Positions 1-10,446 of a stretch of 64,000 bases of DNA are shown here, piece by piece. Below the pieces are notes generated by a model. It saw only the letters and a list, made by a program, of their open reading frames with translations. It did not search any database and had not been told where the DNA came from. The stretch's first letter is position 1. Each line of letters starts with the position of its first letter. The translations under genes were made by a program, and so were the position numbers. Source of the DNA: a virus (taxonomy: Duplodnaviria > Caudoviricetes); the IMG/VR virus record IMGVR_UViG_3300014205_000172, positions 64,001-128,000 of that record. One strand, 5' to 3'.

Positions 1-1212
1 ATATGGCACGTCAGACGAACTGAGATCGGTCAACAGGGTATCAACAACCTGGTTGTATGCCTCAGTGCTGGTATCGCCGTCAGCACCACCCAACATGTAG
101 TGGTTGGACGATTCGCCGAACATCAGGCCGCCTTTATCAGGACCTTCAACCGACAGCGTGTGATACGGATTGCCGTTGATATCAACACCGGTGAGGAAGT
201 TGATCATGTCAGGCGAAGTTGGGGTAGTGTTCCCCAGGTGCGCGTCTTCAGCCGCAGCGATCAGAGTCAACATCTCGGTGATCGAAGCGTTATAGACGTG
301 CAGCTTTTCCAACGGGCCGAAACTTGTGAAGGTCAACGGATCGGTGGACTCGTACGCCGGAATGATCACCTTATCGGCCGAATACTGCAGCCCGGTGCTT
401 TTGTTAATGGTGCCTTTCTTGAACGTGAAGTCAATAGTGGCCGCGTTGTTGATCGTACGGATCTGTGTGGCAGTCGATGCCGAATCAGCGCGTTGAACGA
501 ACTGCATGGTGTACACATACGAACCAACAGCGGCATGCACGGTTTCATCAGCCGGGGTGCTGGAGTTGATAGTACGAGCGATCAGACGACTACCGAGGTT
601 GTTGCCTTTGTCGCCTTCGAATCGAGCGGCTTCGTCCATTACTGGATAAAGAGTCGACACACCACCATCGATGCTGGACACCAGAGTGCCATTGCTTTTT
701 GCCGCAGCGCCAAACGTTGACTCGCCGGTTTCGCTGTTTGGAAGGATATCGAGCTTGCGGTGTTGCAGGCGGTAACCCAGGGCGGTAGTACCGGTAGGAA
801 TTTTGTTCCCTTGGGCGTCGAACCGCAGGCTGTTGTCAGCGTTACGTTCATACAGCGGGATCTGGTCAGCGACCAGATCTACTGCGAAACGAGCGTGGGC
901 TTGTTTAGCCCCCGGCATTTTCATGCGGACGGTCAGAGCCTTACCAGTGTTCGACAATTGCGAACGCAGGAACAGCGACTGGTGGTTGAACCACTTGGAC
1001 AGAGGCTGCAAAGTTTCTGCACCGTAGTACGTGGTGACGGCGGCCGTGTCGACATAACGAGCACGATCGTATTCACCCCACGGGGCGTTTACCAGGAACA
1101 GCGGCAAACGAATCGGGAGGCTTTCTGCTGGTGCCACGATCGGCACTGGCGTGTCATCTTTGATGCCCTTGTTAATCACACGAGGCAATGAACTGCTCGT
1201 TGGTACGGTCAT
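1..1212 (-). CDS. Contractile tail sheath protein (phiKZ gp29-like), 3' part truncated by window edge
   Basis: Not in the ORF track. I translated both ends by hand from the ATG at 1212: MTVPTSSSLPRVINKGIKDDTPVPIVAPAESLPIRLPLF... and, in the same frame at the edge, NHYMLGGADGDTSTEAYNQVV. These resemble phiKZ sheath 'PRVVFNGIRD' and 'YASGGTDGTTDLEEY'. Divergent from the gp28-27-26-terminase block as in phiKZ. Confidence 0.85.
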   Translation of the reverse strand, partial: MTVPTSSSLPRVINKGIKDDTPVPIVAPAESLPIRLPLFLVNAPWGEYDRARYVDTAAVTTYYGAETLQPLSKWFNHQSLFLRSQLSNTGKALTVRMKMPGAKQAHARFAVDLVADQIPLYERNADNSLRFDAQGNKIPTGTTALGYRLQHRKLDILPNSETGESTFGAAAKSNGTLVSSIDGGVSTLYPVMDEAARFEGDKGNNLGSRLIARTINSSTPADETVHAAVGSYVYTMQFVQRADSASTATQIRTINNAATIDFTFKKGTINKSTGLQYSADKVIIPAYESTDPLTFTSFGPLEKLHVYNASITEMLTLIAAAEDAHLGNTTPTSPDMINFLTGVDINGNPYHTLSVEGPDKGGLMFGESSNHYMLGGADGDTSTEAYNQVVDTLLTDLSSSDVPY

Positions 1213-1355
1213 GGTGTTACTCCCGAGTGGATTCTGCGCAGAACCTTTCAAGGATGGTATGGTTAGCTGTCTCCCAGCGGAGTCAGCATACTATTTTGTT
1301 TTTTACAGGGTGTCTTTGGTAATTATTTATTTCGTGTATATAGGAGACAAGAGCA

Positions 1356-2255
1356 ATGTTCGAAACCCCATACCAGACGACCCCATGCGTCAGATTCGTC
1401 ATGGATAAAACCCACGCAGCTATTCGCCGTTTGGAAATTGAGGATCAGTTACTCACACTTGAAGGATCAGTGACTGGCGTTAAAGCCGTTCCTCCAGGTG
1501 AGCAAGGTTTTCCTCCCTTCGGCCAACCCATTACCTCTAAGCAAATTGCTTCACTTCAAGCACCCTGTGTCATCGACGGTCGTCAGCTGTTTCGCAATGA
1601 TGGACGACCTGTCTTACAAAACGTTGTTGACCACGCTATTTTGAACGCTGATCTTACCACCCTTTGGTTCCGTGACGGTGCGCCGTTTCGAAAAGACCTC
1701 TTGAACCTAGGTGCATTCCCCATCAAAGTATTCTCTAACTGGATGGGTAATCGGATCGCGCTGGGTCTGTCACTGGACTTCGGTCAAGCCAGTATCGTCA
1801 AAGCGATGATCTGCGTTTACTACATCCAGATGTGTACACCTTTGTCAGATCATCCTACCGCCGATGAGATTGAGCGGCTCATTATCCGTGCTGCTCGCTC
1901 CATTCCCGGTGTGGACGCCAATACATTGCAAAACGTATTGGGTGAGATTCCTAAACTCACCGACCTGAAAAGTTTTGTGGATTGGGTTCACGAAAAACTT
2001 GATACCCCTCGTGCTGAACAACTCAACATCGGTTTCATTTATACGGCGTTGGGATTCAGCTGGGGCGTGCAGTATCGTGAAATGGTTGCCATCGCTTTGG
2101 AATACCCACCTACCTTTATTGCGCTTCTTTTCTCCTCGGTAAATGACCGTGGTTTCAAGAAGACCAGTTTGGGCAAGGTGGTTGAGAACCTTGTCTCGCG
2201 TGGCGACGACCAGGAATTTATCAAGAACGTGAATCACCTTATCGGCCGGAGATAA
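1356..2255 (+). CDS. Virion structural protein (phiKZ gp28-like)
   Basis: 299 aa, AGGAG SD. Position between sheath and gp27/gp26/terminase matches phiKZ-like synteny. Confidence 0.6.
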   Translation: MFETPYQTTPCVRFVMDKTHAAIRRLEIEDQLLTLEGSVTGVKAVPPGEQGFPPFGQPITSKQIASLQAPCVIDGRQLFRNDGRPVLQNVVDHAILNADLTTLWFRDGAPFRKDLLNLGAFPIKVFSNWMGNRIALGLSLDFGQASIVKAMICVYYIQMCTPLSDHPTADEIERLIIRAARSIPGVDANTLQNVLGEIPKLTDLKSFVDWVHEKLDTPRAEQLNIGFIYTALGFSWGVQYREMVAIALEYPPTFIALLFSSVNDRGFKKTSLGKVVENLVSRGDDQEFIKNVNHLIGRR

Positions 2256-2258
2256 TCA

Positions 2259-4883
2259 ATGGTCAGTTCAACCGACTTTTTGGTAGACGACGCATATCGT
2301 CGAGTCTGGTGCAGCCCTGAACAAGACCGTCAGAAAATCGTCGGTCCTAAGCGCTTCAGTAAACGCCAGGGTGAGATCGGCAATGTAAAGATTGGCATGC
2401 GTCAGTACAACATGCCGACCACTGGACAATGGTATCACTTATTCATGATTGGGGATCTGCTGCCTGAACAAGTCGGCATGAACACCATCGTGGATAAGTG
2501 GGTAATGGTGCAAGGGCATTGCAATGCAACCTCATTGCTAGTCAACCTTTATACCGACAAAGGGATGCACATTCCTTTACACCGGGCGTACTTTCTGTAT
2601 ACCCGATCGGGGGCGTTGGTCTTAGCCATTCTGGACAGTCCGAAGATTGCTCATTTCGGACTGATACAGCCGTGGATCAGGTGGCGCAGTAACGCATGGT
2701 TCGACAGTGGCGCTGTTCCAAAGAATGGTGGTATTGAAATCAATGGTCTTTCGCCAAAAACCGAAGCTGAGTTTTATCAGTTCCAAGCAACCTACCGCGC
2801 GGCACAGGCGAAGATTGGGTACACCTGGGCTTTTGTAAACGGGGTAAGGGTCAAGGATCTAAACTTGACTACGCTTGTTTTGGGCGATTACGTGGAGTTT
2901 GTGCGCGATGCTTCAGTTAAGGAAGTACTGGAGATTCCGGTCAAGGATCTCAAAAGTTTCGATAGTCTCCTGGATAATCGAGGAAAGTATCTTTTGCCTC
3001 GTCCGGGTCTGGGCAGTGTTATTGATTACGCTGATGACATTGACATCTACGTTCTGAACTATTCACTGCCCGCCAAGTATACAGGATTTTACTACAACCA
3101 GAATCAGATTGATGCCGTACGTAACGTCACCCACCGTGACTTCGCCATTGCTCAAATGTATTTGAGGAAGGGTATCGAGGAATACTGGCAATGGAGTTAC
3201 TTAGGCGATTTGCGGATTGAAGTGATCGTCAGACACAGCGGCTGGATTCGGGAATTGGTTGATGAGGCTCATCGGATCAAAGAGTTGTTTAAGCTCGATG
3301 AAGATGAGCGCCTGAAGGTCATGTTGACCTCGGTAGCTGGCGTCGATGTATGGCGCGCCGATAACCTTGAGAACAGTGCTTATCCTGCGATCATGCGGGC
3401 AGAGGACGGCAAGATCACTCGCCAGATGGTGGAAGATGCTTATGGTTATAATGCCATGAGTCGTCTGATCGGTGATACGCCTTTTAAACTGGCGGTCAGT
3501 GAGAAGTGGGTGAAGTTACCCTTTGGTCTGATTGGTACGGCTACTGTTTACGAGTATGACCAGGCTGGGTTGTTGACAGGTTGGTATCTGCACGACAACT
3601 CCATCGAGTACCCTGTGCGTAACACTTCGACGCGATATATCGAAGCGTACAGTGGTAAAGGCGGTCTTGGGTTGAGTACGGTCTACGACACGAAAACGGT
3701 CCCATTGGAATTTGGTGTTGACTACAGGTTCTACATCTGCAACATCGCCAACGGTGTATCGCTGAACAACTGGACTGACTGCACGGGTGACCTGACCAAG
3801 TACTCGATCGCCAACGGTGTCGTCACATGGGGGGTTGATTTAAAGACTCATCACGTAGCCGTCAAGAACAGCAAGGACTTCCTGTCCTACTCGTTTGATG
3901 TTAATTACCGAGATGACCTGTTGGCATTCTCTGTAAACGTTAACGAGATCAAAGTGGGTACTACCCCAGCGCCTGGAATCATGGACATCCCACCGGGCGA
4001 ATTTGATCTGTTCATGAACAAACATGGTCTTGTCGAAGGAATCGACTACTACGTTGAATGGCCGATGATCTGCGTGTGTGCTAAACAGTACATGGTCGAT
4101 GGCCCCATCCAGGAGTTCGTGGTTCGCGGAAGAGGGTTCCCTCACAAGGACCTATCCCGGTATGTTCCTAAAGACTTTGGCTTTGTGAAGTACGGCGAAC
4201 TCAGCCACAATGGTCGGTTTAATGTGCGTGACGATAAGGTGACGCGTATTGAGATTGGCGGTGCGCTGTATAGCCGTGATGAAGTCGGGTTTACGGAAGA
4301 TGGGACCACTGTAGCGGTCGATGTCCGCAATGGCACGCCGTACCGCATCACCCACCCCATCATTTCAATGCAGGGACTGGCAGTCAAGGATACCTACACA
4401 TTGCTGGCTGAAGCTGAGGTTACTGACAAAGCGGTGGAGGATTACCTGACAATGCTGTTGCCGGAACCCGTAGAGCCATTGCCTGACGCGATCATCAACG
4501 GCTGGTACCCGGTCTTCAGCCCGTTTGCAACAAAACTTATCTTTGACATGCTCAACGGCATCTTGCCGATGGATGAGTTTAAGGATGAGTATTCCAAAGA
4601 CTGGCTGAAACAGCGACTGATTGGTTATACGTGGATCTTGCCATTCGATCCGGCGCTTAAAACCGTTGATACCAATTACGTCATCATTCACCCGCATCCT
4701 GAAAATGGTGTGATTGAACTGAATGTGTACCAGTACCGGCTTTTGGAAAGGGCCATCGATGTGTTTTTGGGTGGTGGTATCGAACTTAACCGCCGGCTGG
4801 TTATCGTCGAGGAAGGGTTCGAGCACTATCAGGAAGATCACCCTCATCCTCACCGCACCTGGGCTGAGTTGGGGCTTTCTTAA
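2259..4883 (+). CDS. Virion structural/baseplate protein (phiKZ gp27-like)
   Basis: 874 aa, beta-rich. N-terminal 'VWCSPEQD' as recalled for this family, plus synteny. Confidence 0.65.
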   Translation: MVSSTDFLVDDAYRRVWCSPEQDRQKIVGPKRFSKRQGEIGNVKIGMRQYNMPTTGQWYHLFMIGDLLPEQVGMNTIVDKWVMVQGHCNATSLLVNLYTDKGMHIPLHRAYFLYTRSGALVLAILDSPKIAHFGLIQPWIRWRSNAWFDSGAVPKNGGIEINGLSPKTEAEFYQFQATYRAAQAKIGYTWAFVNGVRVKDLNLTTLVLGDYVEFVRDASVKEVLEIPVKDLKSFDSLLDNRGKYLLPRPGLGSVIDYADDIDIYVLNYSLPAKYTGFYYNQNQIDAVRNVTHRDFAIAQMYLRKGIEEYWQWSYLGDLRIEVIVRHSGWIRELVDEAHRIKELFKLDEDERLKVMLTSVAGVDVWRADNLENSAYPAIMRAEDGKITRQMVEDAYGYNAMSRLIGDTPFKLAVSEKWVKLPFGLIGTATVYEYDQAGLLTGWYLHDNSIEYPVRNTSTRYIEAYSGKGGLGLSTVYDTKTVPLEFGVDYRFYICNIANGVSLNNWTDCTGDLTKYSIANGVVTWGVDLKTHHVAVKNSKDFLSYSFDVNYRDDLLAFSVNVNEIKVGTTPAPGIMDIPPGEFDLFMNKHGLVEGIDYYVEWPMICVCAKQYMVDGPIQEFVVRGRGFPHKDLSRYVPKDFGFVKYGELSHNGRFNVRDDKVTRIEIGGALYSRDEVGFTEDGTTVAVDVRNGTPYRITHPIISMQGLAVKDTYTLLAEAEVTDKAVEDYLTMLLPEPVEPLPDAIINGWYPVFSPFATKLIFDMLNGILPMDEFKDEYSKDWLKQRLIGYTWILPFDPALKTVDTNYVIIHPHPENGVIELNVYQYRLLERAIDVFLGGGIELNRRLVIVEEGFEHYQEDHPHPHRTWAELGLS

Positions 4884-4928
4884 ATCCACATGGGAGGGTA
4901 ACCTCCCATCGTACCGAGTCAAACAAAC

Positions 4929-6647
4929 ATGGCTGATATTAAAAAGCTGCTGAGTAACGGCGATACGGTCATCATTCCTGATCGCGCTAACACTGTGCTC
5001 AATTTGCAAGATTTGTACAAGTATCGGCTGGTAGATAGCGGTGCTGAAATCATCCGCGGAGCGGGTAACATCGTCCCCAAACAGGATGACTTGATTTACG
5101 ACTACTCGATTGGTTTGATGCGTTCCGCTCGGGTCGATGAGTCTGATTATCATGTTGATTTGGTTGTGTGGAAGTTACCAAGTAACTCTGGCGACGTGTC
5201 CGGTCAAGATGAATTGCTAGGCGAAGGTCCTGGTTCTCAGAGCGAGAGCTATCGCGTCATGGTTGACACGCGTAAGTTCCCTTACACTTTGGATATCAAC
5301 TCACGGATGAGGGCGTACTCCGACACCGCCAAAGAAATCATTGTGTTCAGAGGCTCGGACCCATCTCCAACCGGCGAGATCATTTCGGCTAACTATGACC
5401 CAGCGACTAAAGAGTATCTGGGTCCCGCTATCCCAATGAAGCTGGTGGGTACAGTTGAGGTGAACAACCTCGGCATCATGGCGCCAGTGTCCGGCTACAC
5501 AACCGCCGAGTTGAAGAATGGTGCTCCAGTTACAGTGGTGACGTACAACACCGCAGGTTCGCCAATCGACATTGCTCGCATGCTGGTCCATTTGACAAAC
5601 GTGGTTCGACATCCTGACGACTACTCGAAACGCGTTAAGTCGATTGAGCTCATCAGTCCGTATCTGTCTAAGACAGAGCCTGGCGTGTTGGAAGTGCCGA
5701 TTGACGCAACTGTGGCTACGCTGTCGCTGCGTGCGATGGTAACGTATACCAACGGCGTGACAAGCATTCAAGACGTCGTAGACGAGAACGCAAACGGCAA
5801 GTTCAAACTGCTGAGTCTGATGTACTGGTCTCCGCAGATTCCGGGCGATGAACAAACGCTTGAACTGATCTACGAACTGTCCGAAGGTGAAGAATATTCT
5901 TACCTCCAAGGCGAGACTGCCAATGGCGCGGTTCGTGTTCCGTACAAGATCCGCGCAATCGCCAAGAACCCAGCGTTCACCCTGAAGCTGTTCTCCTATC
6001 CTGTTTGGAAGAACTCGACTCAGGGCTATGTGCTTGAGCACTGGATCTGTGACCTTGCCCGTCAGGTAACCCGTCGTGCTCCTTCGGCAGCCATATCGCT
6101 GGTGGACGGCTTCGGTGCGTTTGACGGACTTGATTACCTGAGCACCCAACGCATTCGTTTTGGCGTTGATTTGTCTGTTGTAGATCAGGCTTACGCAGGT
6201 CACACGTTTGCCCAGTTGGTGCAGATCTCGTTGCTGCGTGATGCGGGGATTTCTGGCACGACTAACTGGAAAGTCAAGTTCTCCGGCAACCAGGCCAATT
6301 GGTATGGTGACTCCCTGCAAGCCAGTGTGACCGCAGCGGGCTCGGGTCTGTCTACCATCAATGTGGGTAACGACCTGGGTGATCAAGCCACCTGGTTTGA
6401 TAAAGTCTATTACAACAGCGCTCCTTTGTACGATATCCAAACTGAAAACAAAGCGCCTGAACCGACCCACTTCGTGGTCGTCACTAAAACACGGGAGTTT
6501 GAATTCCCTGTGTCGCAGTGGAACCAGAACCTGACGTTCGTTAACGATTTGACCGAAGGTCAGGTTGTTTACCTTAAATGGATCAAACGTACGTTTAACT
6601 CTGTTCTGCAACTGGGCGTGAGTGGTTTGATCGTTCACGGGGTTTAA
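4929..6647 (+). CDS. Virion structural/baseplate protein (phiKZ gp26-like)
   Basis: 572 aa beta-rich ORF directly upstream of terminase; synteny. Confidence 0.6.
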   Translation: MADIKKLLSNGDTVIIPDRANTVLNLQDLYKYRLVDSGAEIIRGAGNIVPKQDDLIYDYSIGLMRSARVDESDYHVDLVVWKLPSNSGDVSGQDELLGEGPGSQSESYRVMVDTRKFPYTLDINSRMRAYSDTAKEIIVFRGSDPSPTGEIISANYDPATKEYLGPAIPMKLVGTVEVNNLGIMAPVSGYTTAELKNGAPVTVVTYNTAGSPIDIARMLVHLTNVVRHPDDYSKRVKSIELISPYLSKTEPGVLEVPIDATVATLSLRAMVTYTNGVTSIQDVVDENANGKFKLLSLMYWSPQIPGDEQTLELIYELSEGEEYSYLQGETANGAVRVPYKIRAIAKNPAFTLKLFSYPVWKNSTQGYVLEHWICDLARQVTRRAPSAAISLVDGFGAFDGLDYLSTQRIRFGVDLSVVDQAYAGHTFAQLVQISLLRDAGISGTTNWKVKFSGNQANWYGDSLQASVTAAGSGLSTINVGNDLGDQATWFDKVYYNSAPLYDIQTENKAPEPTHFVVVTKTREFEFPVSQWNQNLTFVNDLTEGQVVYLKWIKRTFNSVLQLGVSGLIVHGV

Positions 6648-6705
6648 ATGTCTCAGCCATGGGAGGGCGACCTCCCATGGTCGTTACTATGCCGCAGGAG
6701 CATTC

Positions 6706-8871
6706 ATGGCAATTCTTTATAAAAAGGATTGGGAGAAATACCCAACCGCTGTTGCAAACGTTTATTCAGCAAACGAATCTTGGGTCCAAATGGCGTTTAA
6801 GCTTAAAGCCATGGGGGTACAGAACTGGGAGTGGTCACTTGCTTTAATCCAACCACAATTAGTGGGTGTTGATATCTGGTCTACTGAACTGACCCTCAAT
6901 CAGAAAATCATGATTCTGAACGAGTGTGAATGGAACCCATGGTTCGTATTGCGCGAAGTCATGCGAGTCCCTGCTAAGTCAGGTGGTGGCACTGGGTACT
7001 TGGGAGCAAACCGGGGTAACCTGGCATTGTTCTGGTGTTTCTTTAACTCATTCATGGTCTATCTGCAACAGATCCGTCAGACGGGTAAATCCCTGAACGT
7101 GCGTATCCTCGTTGTGGCATGGCACACCTTCTGGGCTCGTGGTGCCCAGCACATCCTCTTCACCAAGAGTGACTTGCGGGTTGAAGAGATTAAGGAATAC
7201 AAACTGATCCGTAGTTTCATTCCTTCATGGATGTGGGAACAGCACCCTAAAGATTCTGATAACCAAACAGCTTTTACAACACTGTCACGCGGCAATAGCA
7301 CCAAAACTTACATCCCTACCATGGAAGAAGAGAACGCCAACAAAGTGGGGCGTGGTACAACCCCTACTCTGGTGACGACGGACGAAGGTCCCTTCTTGAA
7401 GCATGCCAGGATCTCGGTGGTATCACTCCTGTCTGCCACGGGTGCATCGTTTCGTGAAGCTGAAGCAAAAGGCGCCATGTTTGGTGTTATCTTTACAACA
7501 ACAGCGGGTGACTTGTCGACGGAGTCTGGTAAGTACTTCTACAACAAGATCAAACGTCTGTCGATGCACTTCTCTGAGTTTCTGTACGATAGCGCTAACC
7601 GTGAAGAGGCCATTGCTATCATCTTGGCTAACGGGGCTCGTGAAGAACCTCGTGTGGACATCACCTTCAGCCACCGTCAACTCGGCATTGAAGATGATGA
7701 CCTGCGTAAAATGATTGCACGGGCATCGGGTGAGATTGACCAGACCAAACGTGACTACCTGAACCAATGGACATTCGGTAGTGCTGCTAACCCAATCCCA
7801 CCTCAGGTCCTTGAACAGATCCGTCGTGGCATCAACGATCAGGTACTCACTCAACAGGACCCTAAGAACTACTTCAGTATTCGTTTTCACTTACCGCCTA
7901 GTGAAGTGGCTGCTCGCTGCAGCGTCTTGGGTATGGATACCTCGAACGCCATTGGTCGAGATGCCATCTCTGGCATTTTGACATGTGTAGAGACAGGCGA
8001 AACACTGGCAGCATGGACCGTCAGTGAATCTAACCTGAGTATCTTCACCATGTGGCTGGCCGGCTTGTTTGAAATGTGGCCGATGATGACCATGATTCCT
8101 GAAGCTAGGTCCTCGTGGGATGGTATTCGTGACCGTCTGTTGATCGAACTGCCTCTGCGCGGCATCGACCCAGGTCGTCGTATTTACAGTCGGGTTGTTG
8201 ACGACTCTGAAAACAGTGACATGGACCGCCGTCGTTTCAGAGAGTATTCTCAAGGTTCGCCTTCTGAGCGTAAATACGCACCGTTCCGTAATCAGTTTGG
8301 TTTCCCTACCTCGGCTTCTTTGCGAGATACGCTGTACGGGGAAATCTTGCGTGAGGCTACGCGCCATGGCCCTACGTTGATCCGTGACCAGCTATTGGTG
8401 GATGAGTTGTCGAGTCTTGTAATGAAACGTGGTCGTATTGACCACGCGGCTTCCGGACACGATGACCATGTAATCTCATGGCTGATGAATCAATGGTTCT
8501 TGCGATATGCCCGTAACTACGATCACTACGGTATCTCTTCGAGGTCTGTATTGTCGAGGTTGCGTCAAGCGGCTATTGCGCACGATCCAAAAGAAACATC
8601 TAAAATGATGCGTCAGGAAAAAATCAAGCGTCAGATTGTGGAGCTTGAAGGACGTATGGAAAATGCTAAGTCGGCTATGGAAGCGGCTTACTACAGCAAC
8701 CGTTTGAAATCTATTCGTTCTGAATTGGTTGAAGACGATAGCATTCCGATCGACAGTGTGGATAGCGCAGCAGAGCGTGGACGTGAGTCCCGGATCAGTA
8801 ACGCGAAAGAGAAATACCGCGGTGGTTCTCTGGCAGAGCAAATCCGCCAGGGTCTCAATACTCGCAGATAA
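6706..8871 (+). CDS. terL: Terminase large subunit (phiKZ gp25-like)
   Basis: Walker A RQTGKS, Walker B LVTTDEGPF, coupling motif FTTTAG, RNase H-like nuclease acids (GMDTS ... GHDDHV). AGGAG SD. Confidence 0.92.
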   Translation: MAILYKKDWEKYPTAVANVYSANESWVQMAFKLKAMGVQNWEWSLALIQPQLVGVDIWSTELTLNQKIMILNECEWNPWFVLREVMRVPAKSGGGTGYLGANRGNLALFWCFFNSFMVYLQQIRQTGKSLNVRILVVAWHTFWARGAQHILFTKSDLRVEEIKEYKLIRSFIPSWMWEQHPKDSDNQTAFTTLSRGNSTKTYIPTMEEENANKVGRGTTPTLVTTDEGPFLKHARISVVSLLSATGASFREAEAKGAMFGVIFTTTAGDLSTESGKYFYNKIKRLSMHFSEFLYDSANREEAIAIILANGAREEPRVDITFSHRQLGIEDDDLRKMIARASGEIDQTKRDYLNQWTFGSAANPIPPQVLEQIRRGINDQVLTQQDPKNYFSIRFHLPPSEVAARCSVLGMDTSNAIGRDAISGILTCVETGETLAAWTVSESNLSIFTMWLAGLFEMWPMMTMIPEARSSWDGIRDRLLIELPLRGIDPGRRIYSRVVDDSENSDMDRRRFREYSQGSPSERKYAPFRNQFGFPTSASLRDTLYGEILREATRHGPTLIRDQLLVDELSSLVMKRGRIDHAASGHDDHVISWLMNQWFLRYARNYDHYGISSRSVLSRLRQAAIAHDPKETSKMMRQEKIKRQIVELEGRMENAKSAMEAAYYSNRLKSIRSELVEDDSIPIDSVDSAAERGRESRISNAKEKYRGGSLAEQIRQGLNTRR

Positions 8872-8911
8872 CAGCATACAGCCCGGCCGCAATGGCCGGG
8901 CTGTATGTCGC
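8872..8911. repeat. Palindromic hairpin element (bidirectional-terminator-like) between convergent genes
   Basis: CATACAGCCCGGCC-GCAAT-GGCCGGGCTGTATG. 38/40 nt identical to the reverse complement of 63961-64000. Confidence 0.8.
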
Positions 8912-8912
8912 T

Positions 8913-10133
8913 TCATGCACGCCAGCGGTGCATTGTCCAGGTACGCATCAGGATGTAAAGCAAGACCGCATTACGCACAGCCTTGATCAGCACATCGTTC
9001 TTTGACCGGATGGCATTAGATACAACACCTTCTGTCAACTCACGCAGTTCCATGATCATTGGGTTGGTTGTACGACTTGCCTGATACAAAGCTTTCATCT
9101 TACGCAGCAAGCCAGGAACATCGCTCTTGGATTGCATGGTCGTAGGGTTTTTTGCCAAGTAGTCAAAGGCATGTTGCAAAACCAGCTCACAGATGCGTGT
9201 AACGCGCTTGTCGGCGCGAACAGATGAGTTCTCGGACATGTACGTCAATGTGGTCACCAACGCGCTACGCGGCATTGTAGTGACCGCACTGGCAATCAGA
9301 TCAACCATCTCAGGGATGATGAAGCTGTTCTTATCAGGTACTGTGTCCAAGATGTAACGAATGTACTTGCTGGACAGTCGACTTTTATCACGGATCTTTA
9401 ACTCACCATCAAGTTCAATGGTAGAGCCAGAGTTTCTGATTTGCAACTCAGGGGAGTTTTTAACCATCTCGAACACATCACGCACGTTCTTGATGATGTC
9501 CTTGATACGTCCTTGAATGTCGTTGGACATGTAATCGATTTTGTCAGTGAACGAAATCAGGTTCTTATAATGCAACCCGCCTTTTCTGACAATGTCATCC
9601 GCCCGTTGCCGAAGCAGACCGCCCCAGGTGCCAGCAACCTTCAGACCAAACCGATTGTTCAATGCAGCGTACGTTGCCTCTGCAATAGCCAGGTCGGCAT
9701 CGTATTTAAAGAAGTGAGTCATGATCGACGTCATGTGCTTATACTGCAACACCAGCGCTGATTCAAACGCACCGTGCTGACGATCCTCCTCGTTAAGCTT
9801 ATCGCTAGTGAGGAACCTGTGAATCATGTACAGACACGACATGTTGAAGACATCAGACGAAACGTGACGGTGGGTCACTACTTCAGGAAGTGCATGCAGC
9901 TCATCCTCCAAGTAATGCTCATCAACTTCCATCACTTCATCAAACCATCGGTTGCGATCCTCGTCTTTAAAACGAATAGGATGAACCCCCATGAGGTTCC
10001 CGCCGAAGAATGCAATGTGGGATTCGTTTTTAGTAGCAAACCGCTGTTCGTATTCCTCAACTTTTTTGAGTAGTTTCTTGTCAAAGACTAGATGGGAACA
10101 GTGGCGATCAAATACGCTTTTGATGGTATCCAT
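8913..10133 (-). CDS. Conserved Chimalliviridae protein (phiKZ gp32-like, putative virion protein)
   Basis: 406 aa with 'HIAFFGGNLMGVHPIRF' motif recalled for this family; next to terminase. Confidence 0.6.
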   Translation of the reverse strand: MDTIKSVFDRHCSHLVFDKKLLKKVEEYEQRFATKNESHIAFFGGNLMGVHPIRFKDEDRNRWFDEVMEVDEHYLEDELHALPEVVTHRHVSSDVFNMSCLYMIHRFLTSDKLNEEDRQHGAFESALVLQYKHMTSIMTHFFKYDADLAIAEATYAALNNRFGLKVAGTWGGLLRQRADDIVRKGGLHYKNLISFTDKIDYMSNDIQGRIKDIIKNVRDVFEMVKNSPELQIRNSGSTIELDGELKIRDKSRLSSKYIRYILDTVPDKNSFIIPEMVDLIASAVTTMPRSALVTTLTYMSENSSVRADKRVTRICELVLQHAFDYLAKNPTTMQSKSDVPGLLRKMKALYQASRTTNPMIMELRELTEGVVSNAIRSKNDVLIKAVRNAVLLYILMRTWTMHRWRA

Positions 10134-10236
10134 TAGTATCTCGGCTATAGAAGAGGCCTACTGGTGCTCACAAGATAGAGTTAAAAACAACTGAGTAATA
10201 CATAATCGATGGGTAACCTACGCAGGAGACTGTACC

Positions 10237-10425
10237 ATGATGGCTGTAAGAATACAGGTGGGTGAGCAACACAGGCTCCGTAATGGAGAGGATGAGGATT
10301 GCGATAAGTGTGAATGCAGGGCCGTTGTGCGACTTACAGAAGCTACTCCTAATGGAGCTACTTACGGGTTTTATTGCAAGGATTGTCTTGAAGATGTAAT
10401 CGAGAAACAAAAACAAACTTCTTAA
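10237..10425 (+). CDS. Small putative Zn-finger protein
   Basis: CDKC...YCKDC pairs, AGGAG SD, first gene of the plus-strand accessory operon. Confidence 0.55.
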   Translation: MMAVRIQVGEQHRLRNGEDEDCDKCECRAVVRLTEATPNGATYGFYCKDCLEDVIEKQKQTS

Positions 10426-10446
10426 ATAGTAAAGGGAAATTGTATC

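Noticed and set aside
100-1191. Plus-strand ORFs 100-720 and 760-1191
   Set aside because: Antisense to the tail sheath gene, which the ORF track missed because it runs off the window.
6684-6692. Individual TATG late promoters upstream of terminase and other genes
   Set aside because: A 4-bp consensus cannot be distinguished from chance without TSS data.
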